From a virus: a stretch of 64,000 bases of DNA. The translations under genes were made by a program, and so were the position numbers. Below the pieces are notes generated by a model that had not been told where the DNA came from, did no database searches, and was given only the letters and a program-made list of their open reading frames with translations. The stretch is from IMG/VR virus record IMGVR_UViG_3300045988_179014, positions 128,001 to 192,000 of that record, one strand, 5' to 3'. Of the stretch, positions 30,004 to 41,600 are shown piece by piece; positions within the stretch are counted from its first letter, which is position 1, and every line of letters begins with the position of its first letter.

Positions 30004-32100
30004 TTATTCAGTTGTGGACCTGATGAAGTTGATTACCAGGTTGGATTGGATGTCACGAGCGTTAGCACCATTTCCCGCACCTTGGAACAATACTCCATCC
30101 AAATTGTTGGTTGTGCCAGTTCCAGTATTGGTGTGGAATGCGTCAACAGTTGGTGTTTGAGACTCAGTACCATAATTGGCGTAACATTTACCTTGAATAC
30201 TTGTTGTCAATGTCACGGCCTCGCCAGTTTTTTGAGCCCCGTTTGCACCGAAACCAACTTTACTGGCGAATACATTGGTTGAAACATTAGGTGCATACTC
30301 CCATTTCAGGTTTAGAACTTGTGGTTTGTTCTCTTCAGATGCCCAAGTGGATTTGACGTTGAATTCACGATGCAATCCACTCAAAACTGTAGAAGTGGCA
30401 TTGGAGAATGTTCCAGTGTTCCAGTTGCGTTGATTTTCTGGTTTCTGGTTGCCAGTAAACAGTTGGTTTCCATCTTTTGTGGTCATTGTGAATTTTCCAC
30501 CATTACTGTCAGAGATACCAGGAGTTCCCTCATTCCAACGAGTAATGGTTGTGGTCAATGGGGCAGAACCATCATAGGAAACTACACCTTCACTCTTTGG
30601 ATACCACACATCAGCACTAATGGTTTTGTCCTGATTGTCGCGGAACAATTCAAAGAAGTTGGAATTGGAATCTGTAGATTTTGCTCCATATTTTGAATCG
30701 TTGGTTATTTTGTTTTCCCCAACTGGTTTGTTCTCAATATTGTCAACTGCTCCATTGGTTTTTGAAGCACCATTACCTGTAGCAGAAGGAGCACACTCGA
30801 ATGGGCATTCCTTGTCATAGAAGCCGAGTGAAGCAGTTGCGGCCATTGCAGCATTCGGATTTTTTGCGTCACCAAAATCCAGCACTGATGGTTGACGGTC
30901 ATATTTCTTTGAATATGCCACTGCTGAAATAGCTTTAGTTGAATCCCCAGAATCCAAAACTTTGATTCCATTACCTGCGGCCACCAAAGCGTTGAAATCG
31001 GCTTGGTTACAGTGAACAGAAATCATTTGCCAGAAACCAGTGTTTTGCAGAGTTCCGGTTACTTTACTGGCTGTACTGACTTTGCTTACTTGGTCGGAAT
31101 CGGAACATTCCCTGGTTGGAGCAGCATAAGCACCAGCCGCAGCATCCCATTTCTGTGTGTAACGACAAGTAGTTGTAGTAACCGTAGTAGTGGTTTCCGT
31201 AGAACTTACTGTGGCATACTGTGTTTGTTCATAAACGTTAAGCACACCACCTTCTGCCATACCAGCTTTATTCTGTTCATCAAGAGTTACATCTGACCTG
31301 TCAATTTTCGCATCTTTTTCCAACGCATCATTAACAGCAGCAGTCAACTCAGCTGGAGACATTCCTTGGTTTTGTGCAGTGTTCAAATTATCCCACAAAC
31401 GACCATAATTGCTCTTAATAGGTGTTCCACCTTGGTTGTGAAGATTGTCAGCACCAATAGGGTCTTTACCACCTACACTGATTTGACGTTTGATTTCAGT
31501 GGACCAAGAATAAGGATGTGTGTAATTCACGGTTTCTGTACTGGTGTTTGTTTTAGATGATGTTTCAGTCCATGTACGGTCAGGTTGTGAGAACGCACCA
31601 GAACAAATAACGGTGTAACCAGGTTTGGAATCAATTTTATGTCCATTTTCGTTTCGGTCCCAACTGTAAAATGCTTGAATCTCCCCTACGCTAGGACCAC
31701 GATTACCAAACTGCCATTGTGGGTTTTCAATAGTACCTTTATATGGCCAATTGTGGGTACGTCCAGAAAAGTTGAAAATCCACTCTTTGGCTGTGGTGGA
31801 ATACACATACCAGATAACATTGGATTTTTCACAAACTTCAGTTCCGCCCACTCTCTGTCGTACTTGTTTAATGGCAAAATTACGACTCAAACCAGAACGT
31901 GACAAGAATTCTGACCATGCTCGACCAGGTTCGTTGTAGCCAATTGAGTTCCATTGAAATCCGCTTCTTGTAACACGACGAGTGCTGCCGCCACCACCGG
32001 TACCACCACCAGTATCCGCATTAGCCATGATTGGTACTGCAAACACCATCGCTAGAGCCACCGTAACGGCAGCGAACCAATGTGCAAAATGCCTTTTCAT
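30004..32100 (-). CDS. Secreted protein (698 aa) with signal peptide and Thr-rich linker
   Basis: MKRHFAHWFAAVTVALAMVFAVPIMANA signal peptide, a GGGTGGGGS linker, and a TTTTVTTTT stretch. Confidence 0.6.
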   Translation of the reverse strand: MKRHFAHWFAAVTVALAMVFAVPIMANADTGGGTGGGGSTRRVTRSGFQWNSIGYNEPGRAWSEFLSRSGLSRNFAIKQVRQRVGGTEVCEKSNVIWYVYSTTAKEWIFNFSGRTHNWPYKGTIENPQWQFGNRGPSVGEIQAFYSWDRNENGHKIDSKPGYTVICSGAFSQPDRTWTETSSKTNTSTETVNYTHPYSWSTEIKRQISVGGKDPIGADNLHNQGGTPIKSNYGRLWDNLNTAQNQGMSPAELTAAVNDALEKDAKIDRSDVTLDEQNKAGMAEGGVLNVYEQTQYATVSSTETTTTVTTTTCRYTQKWDAAAGAYAAPTRECSDSDQVSKVSTASKVTGTLQNTGFWQMISVHCNQADFNALVAAGNGIKVLDSGDSTKAISAVAYSKKYDRQPSVLDFGDAKNPNAAMAATASLGFYDKECPFECAPSATGNGASKTNGAVDNIENKPVGENKITNDSKYGAKSTDSNSNFFELFRDNQDKTISADVWYPKSEGVVSYDGSAPLTTTITRWNEGTPGISDSNGGKFTMTTKDGNQLFTGNQKPENQRNWNTGTFSNATSTVLSGLHREFNVKSTWASEENKPQVLNLKWEYAPNVSTNVFASKVGFGANGAQKTGEAVTLTTSIQGKCYANYGTESQTPTVDAFHTNTGTGTTNNLDGVLFQGAGNGANARDIQSNLVINFIRSTTE

Positions 32101-32101
32101 T

Positions 32102-33157
32102 TTATTCGTCCACCTTTAGGCTTGCGTCATCAATCAGCACGGTATGTTTACTGTCGTTCAAGCCTGTTGCATTTGATACGAGTTTCAGGGTTAATGTACC
32201 TGTTTTCTCTAACTTACTTTGGTCTTTGGCCCAAGCAGTGAATTGTACTTGTGCGGTAAGATTCACTGTATATTGCTGGGTTGATTGGTCATATGTGAAT
32301 TCAGTATTGCTGGAAGTAATTTTGCCATACCAACGCGGACCAGATGTAAGAAGTTTATCCCCCAAATTGTAGTCATTCCCAGCCCAATCAGCATATACTG
32401 GCACATATTCTGAAAACGGTTTAGTAGCATTCTCCGTTATCCATCGAGCTGTAAACATGTCGGAAATGGAGTTAATGTTGAATTCAGTATTACCAGGATG
32501 ACCAGAATATTGATTCAGCGCCCATCCCCCAAAAGTTGGATTCAGTAAACGTTCAAGATGCGCTCCAACTTGAGCATTAAATGATTCAGCAGTCCAATAA
32601 CTGTATTGAGGGTTGAGACTTCCATCTTCAAGTGTTTGTTTATCCGAATCTGCTGTATAACCTGATTCCTCTGAGGGAAGACTATTACCAGCCAATCCAA
32701 CCTCAGTTGAGTTCATAGTAGCAATAATTTTGGATTTTATCTCAGATTTGTCTTGTTCCTCATAGCTTTTTGTTTGCCAATCCTCCATAGATGTTGGGAA
32801 GAACAAACCTTCCTGTCTGTAGAAATCTTCAGGGGTGAGCGCATCAGATGGAGGTGGCACAGACGGCGCAGCCACAGTCGCATCTGTCATATCCTGTTCC
32901 CCATCGCCAACATTTTGATTACCCCCCAACGGATTCCATAAAATCAAACTGGTAACAAGAGCAGCAATAGTTAAACCTCCACCCGTAAAAATGGCAGCCC
33001 TTTTAATCCTTTCAGGTTTTTGTGCCTGTCTAAGGGCTTTATCTTCTTTCTCCCGGTCCTTAGCATCAGCAGTGATTAATTCTTCAATGGAAAGAATTTT
33101 ATCACTGTCATTTTCCGGAAGGGGAGGAATGTTCAGGTTGTCTTCTACCTTGCTCAT
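32102..33157 (-). CDS. Bitopic membrane protein (351 aa)
   Basis: TM AAIFTGGGLTIAALVTSLILW after an acidic cytoplasmic N-terminus. Confidence 0.5.
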   Translation of the reverse strand: MSKVEDNLNIPPLPENDSDKILSIEELITADAKDREKEDKALRQAQKPERIKRAAIFTGGGLTIAALVTSLILWNPLGGNQNVGDGEQDMTDATVAAPSVPPPSDALTPEDFYRQEGLFFPTSMEDWQTKSYEEQDKSEIKSKIIATMNSTEVGLAGNSLPSEESGYTADSDKQTLEDGSLNPQYSYWTAESFNAQVGAHLERLLNPTFGGWALNQYSGHPGNTEFNINSISDMFTARWITENATKPFSEYVPVYADWAGNDYNLGDKLLTSGPRWYGKITSSNTEFTYDQSTQQYTVNLTAQVQFTAWAKDQSKLEKTGTLTLKLVSNATGLNDSKHTVLIDDASLKVDE

Positions 33158-33235
33158 TGTTCTCCAACTTTGTTGACATGAATAAACAAATAATGTTCAT
33201 GCCGAATATCATCACACTGGAAAACAAAAACCTTG

Positions 33236-33796
33236 TCAGGGCAGAATCATGAACAAACCTGTTATCAATGCAGAACACAAAATCGGTATGGGGAAAGAAA
33301 CACGAGAACGATTCTGGAACTCGTTGTAATGTTCCTTCAAACGATTGGGTATTTGTGCAATATTTAATGTGGGACGTTCACCCATGGAATGCAACACAAT
33401 CATCTGACGAATCATGCCCCATCCAGCAAGCATGATTAATGTTGTCATAACAAAAATAGCCTGAAAATGCCAACCCAGATACCATGGTGACAATCCCAGA
33501 AAAGCCAGAATCGCCCCATAGTCCATAGAATTCAAACGTTTTCCCAATAAACCAGTCAACACAATAACAATACTTAATGCAACAATACCTTGGAATAGTT
33601 GAAACCATGGAAACACTTGGTCAACCAGATAATGACTCAATGCATTAATTGAAACCATAAGAAAATATATTGGCAAGATTTTTCGTAGTGATGTTTTGAA
33701 TAGTTTTACAAGGAGAAGACCAATGATAAGCGACCCTAAATGTAATGCGAACATTGTTTCCAAAAATGCCATGTCAATCATCAATTCTGGTTCCAC
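33236..33796 (-). CDS. Polytopic membrane protein (186 aa)
   Basis: Five or six hydrophobic helices. Confidence 0.5.
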   Translation of the reverse strand: MEPELMIDMAFLETMFALHLGSLIIGLLLVKLFKTSLRKILPIYFLMVSINALSHYLVDQVFPWFQLFQGIVALSIVIVLTGLLGKRLNSMDYGAILAFLGLSPWYLGWHFQAIFVMTTLIMLAGWGMIRQMIVLHSMGERPTLNIAQIPNRLKEHYNEFQNRSRVSFPIPILCSALITGLFMILP

Positions 33797-35046
33797 TCTT
33801 GCAACAAATCCAGTTCATCATCGCTGTCTTCATCTTGACCATTCAAAAAAGTGATATGTTGTGATGTCTTGGATTCATCAATGATTTCAACAGTGCTCAT
33901 ATTTTGGTTGTTTTTGTCATGCGTTGAGTTGAAAACATGGGCTTCGTTGTTCTGTTTCTTGTAGTTAAATGGCTGATGTGGTAATCCTATACCAGAAAAA
34001 CTTGGTAGTGGCTCATCATCTGAAGCTATGAACAATGATTCTTCATCTGTTTCCACATTGTTCATGTATCCATCATCAACATTTTGAACAGGTGGTAACG
34101 TATCTTGGTCTTCCAAACGTTCTTGTAAAGCGGCTAAATTGCTTTTCAACTGATACACTTCATCATGCAGTTCTTGGTTTTCGATTGACAGTACTGAGAA
34201 CTCATCCTGTAAAGACTCAAACTTCTGTCGTTCCTGGCTGCTGAGACCATCATCTTTGGATTGATTTTGTTCTTTCAATGATTGTACAAGAATTCGTAGC
34301 CGCTCATTTTCTAGCGTCAGCTCATCATGATTTGCTGTTGGCATGATGTTGATACCATTGGCAATTTCTGCTTCATAACGAAGATTGTGCGCATCCACCT
34401 GTAATCTGTCCACAGTTGTTGCCAATTTTGCAATATGTTCATTACGCAGTTTCAGCAATTCCACCAGTTTGGATACTGTGGTTTTTACTTGAGATAGGAA
34501 ACTGTCCACTTGTCCCATTTCGTAACCTTGAGGAACTTGTAAATCAAATTGGATGTCTACAAGGTCTTCTGGAAGGAAAACGTCATTGTCAATTTCAAAG
34601 GTTGCTGGAATTTGTAGTACTTCCAACACATCTTTGATAGCATTCTCATCCACAGGTTTCAAGTTATCCTCAGTGGTGTGAACTTCTGAATGTTTGTCAT
34701 GTGTATTTGATTGTGTTTGAGAATAGTTGTAATCATCATCAATTGCGAAAGCGGATGTGTCATCGAATTTTACATCATTGACCATTGTGTTTTCAGTATT
34801 TTCTGGTATTGATGATGCTGTTTCAGATGTGTTTGAATCAGAGGAATCTGTAGTACCCTCATCCTTCTCTGCGATAATTGGCTCCACTTTTGGTGCAGTA
34901 ATTCGGGGCATGATTTTGCGTGTTTTAGGTTTACGAATTCTAGGTTTTGGAAGAGTTTTGGATTTCTTCTCATCGTAGTCAACCACTTTGATGGTTTCCT
35001 CGCCAAACCCTTGAACCACACTAGCTATTTTGTTTTTGAGCCCCAT
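33781..35046 (-). CDS. DivIVA-domain-like coiled-coil protein
   Basis: FDLQVPQGYEMGQVDSFLSQVKTTVSKLVELLK matches the DivIVA N-domain pattern (F..rGY...VD.FLd.v). Followed by a long coiled coil. Confidence 0.4.
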   Translation of the reverse strand: MGLKNKIASVVQGFGEETIKVVDYDEKKSKTLPKPRIRKPKTRKIMPRITAPKVEPIIAEKDEGTTDSSDSNTSETASSIPENTENTMVNDVKFDDTSAFAIDDDYNYSQTQSNTHDKHSEVHTTEDNLKPVDENAIKDVLEVLQIPATFEIDNDVFLPEDLVDIQFDLQVPQGYEMGQVDSFLSQVKTTVSKLVELLKLRNEHIAKLATTVDRLQVDAHNLRYEAEIANGINIMPTANHDELTLENERLRILVQSLKEQNQSKDDGLSSQERQKFESLQDEFSVLSIENQELHDEVYQLKSNLAALQERLEDQDTLPPVQNVDDGYMNNVETDEESLFIASDDEPLPSFSGIGLPHQPFNYKKQNNEAHVFNSTHDKNNQNMSTVEIIDESKTSQHITFLNGQDEDSDDELDLLQEWNQN

Positions 35047-35101
35047 ATATGATTCCTTACCATAACAATCCGTGGGATAAAAGTTGTTTCAAATTCAAAT
35101 A

Positions 35102-35461
35102 TCAATGTCTGTTCAAATCACGAATTGCATCACCATTAAGGAATTCCGCCTCTGTGTAATAAGGTGATTCCCCAGTTTCGACGGTTAACAGCTCCATCCA
35201 CAACTTCAAATATTCAAGTCGAATGAATTCATAATTTTGTTTCAACCAAGCATTGTCCATGACTGTGTAATTTATGCGATTTATCAATTCGTCTGGATAG
35301 AATGGGGGAACTCTGCCCTCATCAGCACGTAACCTCAATTGTTCATGTAATGCAATAACTTGGTCCAAACCATTCATATAATCACAAATAAGAGCATCTG
35401 CAAGACCTGGGAACTCCGTCGGACGTTTATCAGCCATTTTTAACGATTCTCCTAAAGCCAA
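35102..35461 (-). CDS. Hypothetical protein (119 aa)
   Basis: ORF in the tiling. No motif recognised. Confidence 0.45.
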   Translation of the reverse strand: MALGESLKMADKRPTEFPGLADALICDYMNGLDQVIALHEQLRLRADEGRVPPFYPDELINRINYTVMDNAWLKQNYEFIRLEYLKLWMELLTVETGESPYYTEAEFLNGDAIRDLNRH

Positions 35462-35509
35462 TTTAGCTTAATTGATACTATTTTATCGCAAAACAAATCA
35501 GGAATTGGG

Positions 35510-38500
35510 CTAGATTTCTATTGTTTCTTCGGTTTTACCCGTATCTGTTACGCCTTTATTGGTTTTGCGTTGATTATGCATGATGCTTTCCAAAACCGTA
35601 TCCAAATCGGTATCAATTTTGCGTCCTATTTCATCGTTGTACCAGCTGATAATAGCTCCAGCATAGGATGCACGAATATAGTCAAATTGTTTTTCTTGCC
35701 AAGCATATGAAATAGTTTGACGGTCCAAATAAGCGTCAAGGAATTCAGGAATATCAGGCATTTTTCCAGTCTTCATGTAACTGTCAATGTCATAGTTGAT
35801 AGAGGTTGACAGAACATGAAGTTTCTTGGCTCGTTGTGATGGAGTCAAACCATAAACATCCAAGTGGTTGTCATAATCGTTAACCAGCTCATGAGTTACA
35901 TTGTCAGTGAAATTACTGCGGAATTGTGTGCTACCTTTGAAACGTTGGTCATATGCATCCGCCAGTTTCTTGCGTTCATCTTGTTGACGTGGAGACATTT
36001 TCTGGTTACGAGGAGATTCAGGAGCACGACGGAAAATAACTTCTGAAGCTTCTGGGTCAACACCGTCCGAATAACATTCCCAACACAGAATATTGCCATC
36101 CATAGTACGACCACCTTGGAAAATAGCTGTACCATTTTGGTCTTCCTCATAACGAATGAGTTTTCCACAGCTGGCACAGGCACTTTGACCATTGAAAATC
36201 TCTTCACTTGGGTCAGTGCCCATAGTTTTTGCTGTCTCATAGGACGCTACCGCATTACGAGCAAACAAATTATTACTGCGATAGCTCATATTGGTGAATT
36301 CATTCTTGAATCCGCTACGTAATCCATCTGTTATCTTTCCACCAGCCATTTTTGCACCTACAGCACCAGCAGTCATTGCTGTAGCCATGCGTCCAGACCC
36401 TTTGAACAGATTAGAGGTACCACGAGTAAAACGTTCCCCAATTCGATTTGCTGTATTGGACAAATTGGCTGAAGCGAATCGGAATGATGCCATGGAGTCA
36501 ATAATCTTGTGACGACTCCTGAACAACAGCACAGCCAACAAAATAAGGATAACCATTCCCTGTGCCCACGACAGACTAGTATCATCCATCATACGAATCA
36601 CGCTAACTGTCAAAGCAATGGAAATAGCCAAAAGAATTCCAGTGGCCAATCGTTTCCCAATAGTGTTGAGAACAAGCTCACCATAACCTTTGAAAATCTC
36701 CCAACCACGATTTGCCCAACACCCACACAAGAGCATGATAGGAGCAAAAGCCATCAATAGAGCCAACCCAAATGCATAAATAGCTGACATTACAGCAAAC
36801 ACGAATGGTACTGACAGACCAACAGCCGCAACCACTACTGAAGACGAAGCAGTCCATACCCTGTTGAAGGAATTATTACCCACCCATGTATCCCAATAAG
36901 GAACTGGTGTGGTAGCTTTTGGAACAGTGTATTTAACAGATGTAGTACCACCATTTGGACCACTTCCGGACACTGATGTTTCAATTTGCTCTTCTTGATA
37001 ATTGGCCATGGCATCAACTATGCGCCACCAGTCATTAGCAACGCCAGAAGTGTATTTACTAGTTTCTCCTTCGTGCCCCATAGGAACATGAACATTGGTT
37101 TGTGTACTGATTTGATAAATGGCCCAGTTGTTCACCACAGAGCCATCACCTAAAGGCACCTCAGCAGTTCCGACCTGCTCCTCATTACCATTATCAATGT
37201 CTGAAGCACCACTTCCTGCCCAAGAAGCTATTTTCCCTTTTGCCCACAACTTGTTCCAATCAGTACCAAACTGACCTTCAGCCCAAGGACGTACCAAGAA
37301 AGTTTGCCAATACTGACATCCAACCGCTGAACGCATATTAGCAGAAGCTTGTGTCAGAATATCTTGCTCATCCTTTTTGTTTCCATCAATGATTTTCGTT
37401 TTATAGCTACCAATGTCAGTTGCGCACAACTCATTACCATTGACAAGCTCTGAATTAACCGCTGACAATAAAAGTGACTGACCTACCACAGCAATTTTGT
37501 TAGGTAGACCAATCCAGAATGTAGGAGCAGCTGCAATAACAATAGCTGCCATATACATGAAAAGAGAACGAAGCAAACCATTCAGTGCATTACGGTACTG
37601 TCTTTTAACAATTCCGGTATAAAAGATGTGCAATCCTGTCAATGCAAAAATTATGACAATGAGAGGAGTGAATACACCTTGATACAGTGCATCAAATATG
37701 CCACCTTTTCCGCCAATGAGAGCATTCAATCCCATAACTTCAGTCACATCGGAAAAAGCAAAGTTGATAAGACCAATAGTTATGACTACCATAGTTTTCG
37801 TAATGTTGAAAATACCATTGGCCATGACGTCATTAATACCAGTGGATAATTGACTACCTAAACCTTTGTTGAATTGTATTGTTCGGATATCAGAGGAATT
37901 AGTCATATCCTCCCAAGTACTGCGTGGTTCCAAACGCTGCTCATAATACAAATTTGCTTTGGGGTCACTTGGTGCGGTTTTAGAATTACATGCATCAATT
38001 ACCATGTACTTCCATTCACCAATATATGCTGTGTATTGCAAACCTGCCACACCAAATCTGTCATATGGGTTTACTTTAACGCCTTTGTTGTAGTTTTTCT
38101 CCCCAGATGTTGTGGGTGGAGTGGTTGTACCATTACCCCCATTAGGGTTTGGTGTCACTCCATCCAATGTATGTCCCGTGATGTCTTCATTGATTTTCTT
38201 GAAACCTGGACCAAAAAGGTTGAGAATCCAGTTCAAACCTGTTTCCACATTGTCATTACCTGATGTGACAGCACTTTTGGACCGAAACAGGAAAGGAATG
38301 TCAGAGGTTTGAGCCCACTGATAAGCAGTTGCGGCAGGTTCCGGCAAAACATCACACATCACCCATTGTGTAATGTCGAACGCTTCTGCCTTTTTGGCAT
38401 TATGAACTGTTAAGAAGCTTGATAATCCTAAAACACCCAATAGTGTTGTTGCAATTAGAGTTGTAATAATCTTTAGGCTATTTTTGGATGTTCTTGTAAC

Positions 38501-38617
38501 TGTACGAGAAGAATCGATGTATGACGCTTTATTAGTTGTCATCCGATTTTCCTCCTCGGTCTTCAATACGTTCTTTGGCTTGTTTTTCGGAAGCTCTGGC
38601 ACGAGCAAACAAACCAT
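35510..38617 (-). CDS. Giant polytopic membrane protein, paralogue A (true start probably ATG 38542 with GAGGAGG SD, overlapping upstream stop by 11 nt)
   Basis: Ectodomain + TM cluster + Gly-rich stretch (AGAVGAKMAGG) + cytoplasmic C-terminus with Zn-ribbon-like CASCGK...CWECY. Shares WAIYQ, YRIVDAMA-like and WQTFLVRPWAEGQFGT blocks with the 38532..42551 protein. Confidence 0.7.
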   Translation of the reverse strand: MVCLLVPELPKNKPKNVLKTEEENRMTTNKASYIDSSRTVTRTSKNSLKIITTLIATTLLGVLGLSSFLTVHNAKKAEAFDITQWVMCDVLPEPAATAYQWAQTSDIPFLFRSKSAVTSGNDNVETGLNWILNLFGPGFKKINEDITGHTLDGVTPNPNGGNGTTTPPTTSGEKNYNKGVKVNPYDRFGVAGLQYTAYIGEWKYMVIDACNSKTAPSDPKANLYYEQRLEPRSTWEDMTNSSDIRTIQFNKGLGSQLSTGINDVMANGIFNITKTMVVITIGLINFAFSDVTEVMGLNALIGGKGGIFDALYQGVFTPLIVIIFALTGLHIFYTGIVKRQYRNALNGLLRSLFMYMAAIVIAAAPTFWIGLPNKIAVVGQSLLLSAVNSELVNGNELCATDIGSYKTKIIDGNKKDEQDILTQASANMRSAVGCQYWQTFLVRPWAEGQFGTDWNKLWAKGKIASWAGSGASDIDNGNEEQVGTAEVPLGDGSVVNNWAIYQISTQTNVHVPMGHEGETSKYTSGVANDWWRIVDAMANYQEEQIETSVSGSGPNGGTTSVKYTVPKATTPVPYWDTWVGNNSFNRVWTASSSVVVAAVGLSVPFVFAVMSAIYAFGLALLMAFAPIMLLCGCWANRGWEIFKGYGELVLNTIGKRLATGILLAISIALTVSVIRMMDDTSLSWAQGMVILILLAVLLFRSRHKIIDSMASFRFASANLSNTANRIGERFTRGTSNLFKGSGRMATAMTAGAVGAKMAGGKITDGLRSGFKNEFTNMSYRSNNLFARNAVASYETAKTMGTDPSEEIFNGQSACASCGKLIRYEEDQNGTAIFQGGRTMDGNILCWECYSDGVDPEASEVIFRRAPESPRNQKMSPRQQDERKKLADAYDQRFKGSTQFRSNFTDNVTHELVNDYDNHLDVYGLTPSQRAKKLHVLSTSINYDIDSYMKTGKMPDIPEFLDAYLDRQTISYAWQEKQFDYIRASYAGAIISWYNDEIGRKIDTDLDTVLESIMHNQRKTNKGVTDTGKTEETIEI

Positions 38618-41600
38618 TCAGCTGCTCTACCATCATATCTCTTTGATGGAATCTGTCTTCAGTCTTTGACAAATGCGCCATCTTCTTATCCAAGCGTTCT
38701 TGTTGAGCTTGTATACGTTTACGCTGACGTGTTTGTCGTGGGGTTTCAGATTCGCTACGGGTTTCGCGTGCTTCGTCAATGTGTTCCATGACGGCATTAC
38801 GGTCCTCATGGAAATCATTAATCCGTTGTGCGGCGCGTTCCAGGTTAGAGGATTCAGCATATGTTTCTGATTCAAATTTAGCTTTCTTCGCGTCCAAGCT
38901 TTGTTGCAGTTCAGTGGCTTTAGCGATTCTACGGGTGGTTCTAGACATGGAACCGCTCTTCATTGATGGGGCTTTCGGTTTCATCACCTCATGGCCTTCT
39001 GCATCAATTTTAATTTTGCGCCCATCAACATCCGCATCCTCCAACTTGTGCCATGCCTCCAACTCTCGTTCATAATCTTGATACGCTTTTGTCCCTTTCA
39101 AAACCTCATTGGATGTAGCTTTGAAATCATCATGTTCGCGTAGTTTCTTCTGAGTGTCTTCTTTACCTTGTTTAGCGGCTTTCAGCGCGGTTTCAGCTAT
39201 ACGGAAACCACGACGACGTTGTTTGTTACGAAGACTGGCCAATTCATACTTGGCTGATTCTTTCGCACCAGCCGCCATACCTTTAACACCACCAGACAAA
39301 TATCCCCCGATAGCGCCTGTAGCCAATCCGGAAACAGTTGTACCAGTTCGTGCCAATGCGTTGGAAATCAGTCCTCCGCGTTCCAATGTGTGTTTCCTGC
39401 GCCAACCATCAGGGTCACTTACAAACTGTCCTCCTACAGGTGCTCCCATCTTGGCACTGATACCATCAAAAATCATTGTCAAAATGGGCTTTTTCAAACG
39501 AAGGAAGATGAGACAGGTTACAACCAGCATGAGAGAATTGAGTAAATAATTAGTTGATGCATTACCAAAACCGACCAGTACACGGAACATGACTGCCATC
39601 ACCAACACAAGCACAATTCGTTGGATAACAAGACCAATAATTGTTCCCACGTATCCTTTGAGTTTCATCCGTCCTTGTGTAGGGTGAATTCCAATCAAAA
39701 ACATGAGAGGCAGAATCAGTAACATGATTAATGTCACGAAAACAATCTGAATCTTCGTAATTGTATATGCTAAAACAGTAACCATTCCCAATCCACTGAC
39801 CAGAGGCGAAAGCATTCCCACTTGCATTCGAGCACCCATATCTTTGCCAGCCCATGTGTTCAGGTAACGTCCATCTGTTCCTGCGCCACCATTGGGACCA
39901 GCTTGAAGGTCAACCAAACGATAGAAGTTGCGGTCAATGTTTCCAGATGGTCTGCTTGGGTCAGGATGTGATGCTGTACCAGAAGATGTGGTTTGAAGCT
40001 GATACAGAGCCCAGTTTTTGACTGTAACGCCACCACCCATGTTAATGGAAGCATCACCAACCAAACTACCATTGGTGTTGTTCATACGATTAGGATAATT
40101 AGTATTGGATGCATACAAATGGTCAAAATTGGTTCCCCACTGCCCATGCACCCATGAATTGAAAGCAAAAACACGCCAATTCTCACACATTAACCTACGA
40201 GTTGACTCATGAGGCCCATAATCCAAAGTACGCCCATCTAAACCAACATTTTTGTCAGTGGCTACTGTGCCTGAAGCCGTGCAAACCTCATCACCTTCGG
40301 AGTTACCAACAGAATAAATCGACCCAATAACAGCAGCCTCAACTTGTGCAGGAACTCCATCAATCATCTTCAAAGTTTGTTCCGGACGATACATGAGGAA
40401 AACCCCAGTCATAATCGTTCCTGTCATCAGCAACAAACTCACAGCCTGACGTTTATAATCTTTGTTTTTACCAGCGCTCCACAATGCCATCAATCCTGCA
40501 ATGGCTACAGCAAAAGCTACTAATGGGAAAAACACACTATCACGGAAACCTCCAATTAGTTTGACAACCAGATTATCCAATCCAAGTGTTTCAAAAACTG
40601 GGCTGAATGAAAGGTTAATCACAGTATTGGAAACACGCGTGAAGAAAATAGATACACCCAACCCCATACTGGCAAGAGAGGTCGTGATACTGCTCATAGG
40701 TATCAGTGAGGAGAAAATGGATTTGTCAACCAAACCATATCGTGTATCAAGTCCGGGTTTTTCTTGACCGTTGACATAACCGTTCCCAAAAAACCCATCC
40801 TGAATTGGCGGACGTGTTGCTTGGCATTTAGGGTTAAGGTTTCCATTATGGTCATACAGCATTACTGGATTTGGACCATCTTTTATGTCTTTCCCTTTAG
40901 CATCAGTACAAACAAAACGATTCCACGGAGCATTGAAGTTTCTACTTGGGTCAGCTTGCACCCATTCCCGAAGTTTGGCTTCTGTCAACTGTTCTTTAAT
41001 CCATTTGTCATTGGATTCAGTTTGACTACTTTTCTGAGCTTTTTCAGCTGCTTTATCCCAAGCATCCGGCCAACAGGCATTGAAAGTAGCCAAATTCGTG
41101 GCACGATTGTTTTCGTCTGTATCCAAAGTGCAGGAAATACCATATTTTTCAGCCGCATCAAACAATGTCTTATTGGCTTCTTTCCACGCAGCTAATGTCT
41201 CTGCTTTCTGTGTGCCATCTTTTGACCAAACATAATCTGCATTGTCATTGGCGGGTGGGTTACTGCCTGCTTGACGTGTATCATATGCAGCTTTAGCAGC
41301 CGTTTTACATTCATCTTCTGTCGGACCTGGTGCAATGCTTGTGTTCCCCCATGCTTCATTACTACCACTAGAATTGACGAAAGTACATTGAGCAATCGCT
41401 TCTTTCGGGGCTGGAGGACCACCTTGAATTGATTGCAAATCATCAGGAACTTTTGATTTATCAGGAGAGGAATTACTCAACATGTTAATAAGTTGAGATT
41501 TGGCATTTGCAGCAACTTCTGTACTGGTCAATTCCCGTGCCTGATATAGTGTGCCCCCATACCCTATCCGATACCAAGCGTATGTGTTAAAGACATTTAG

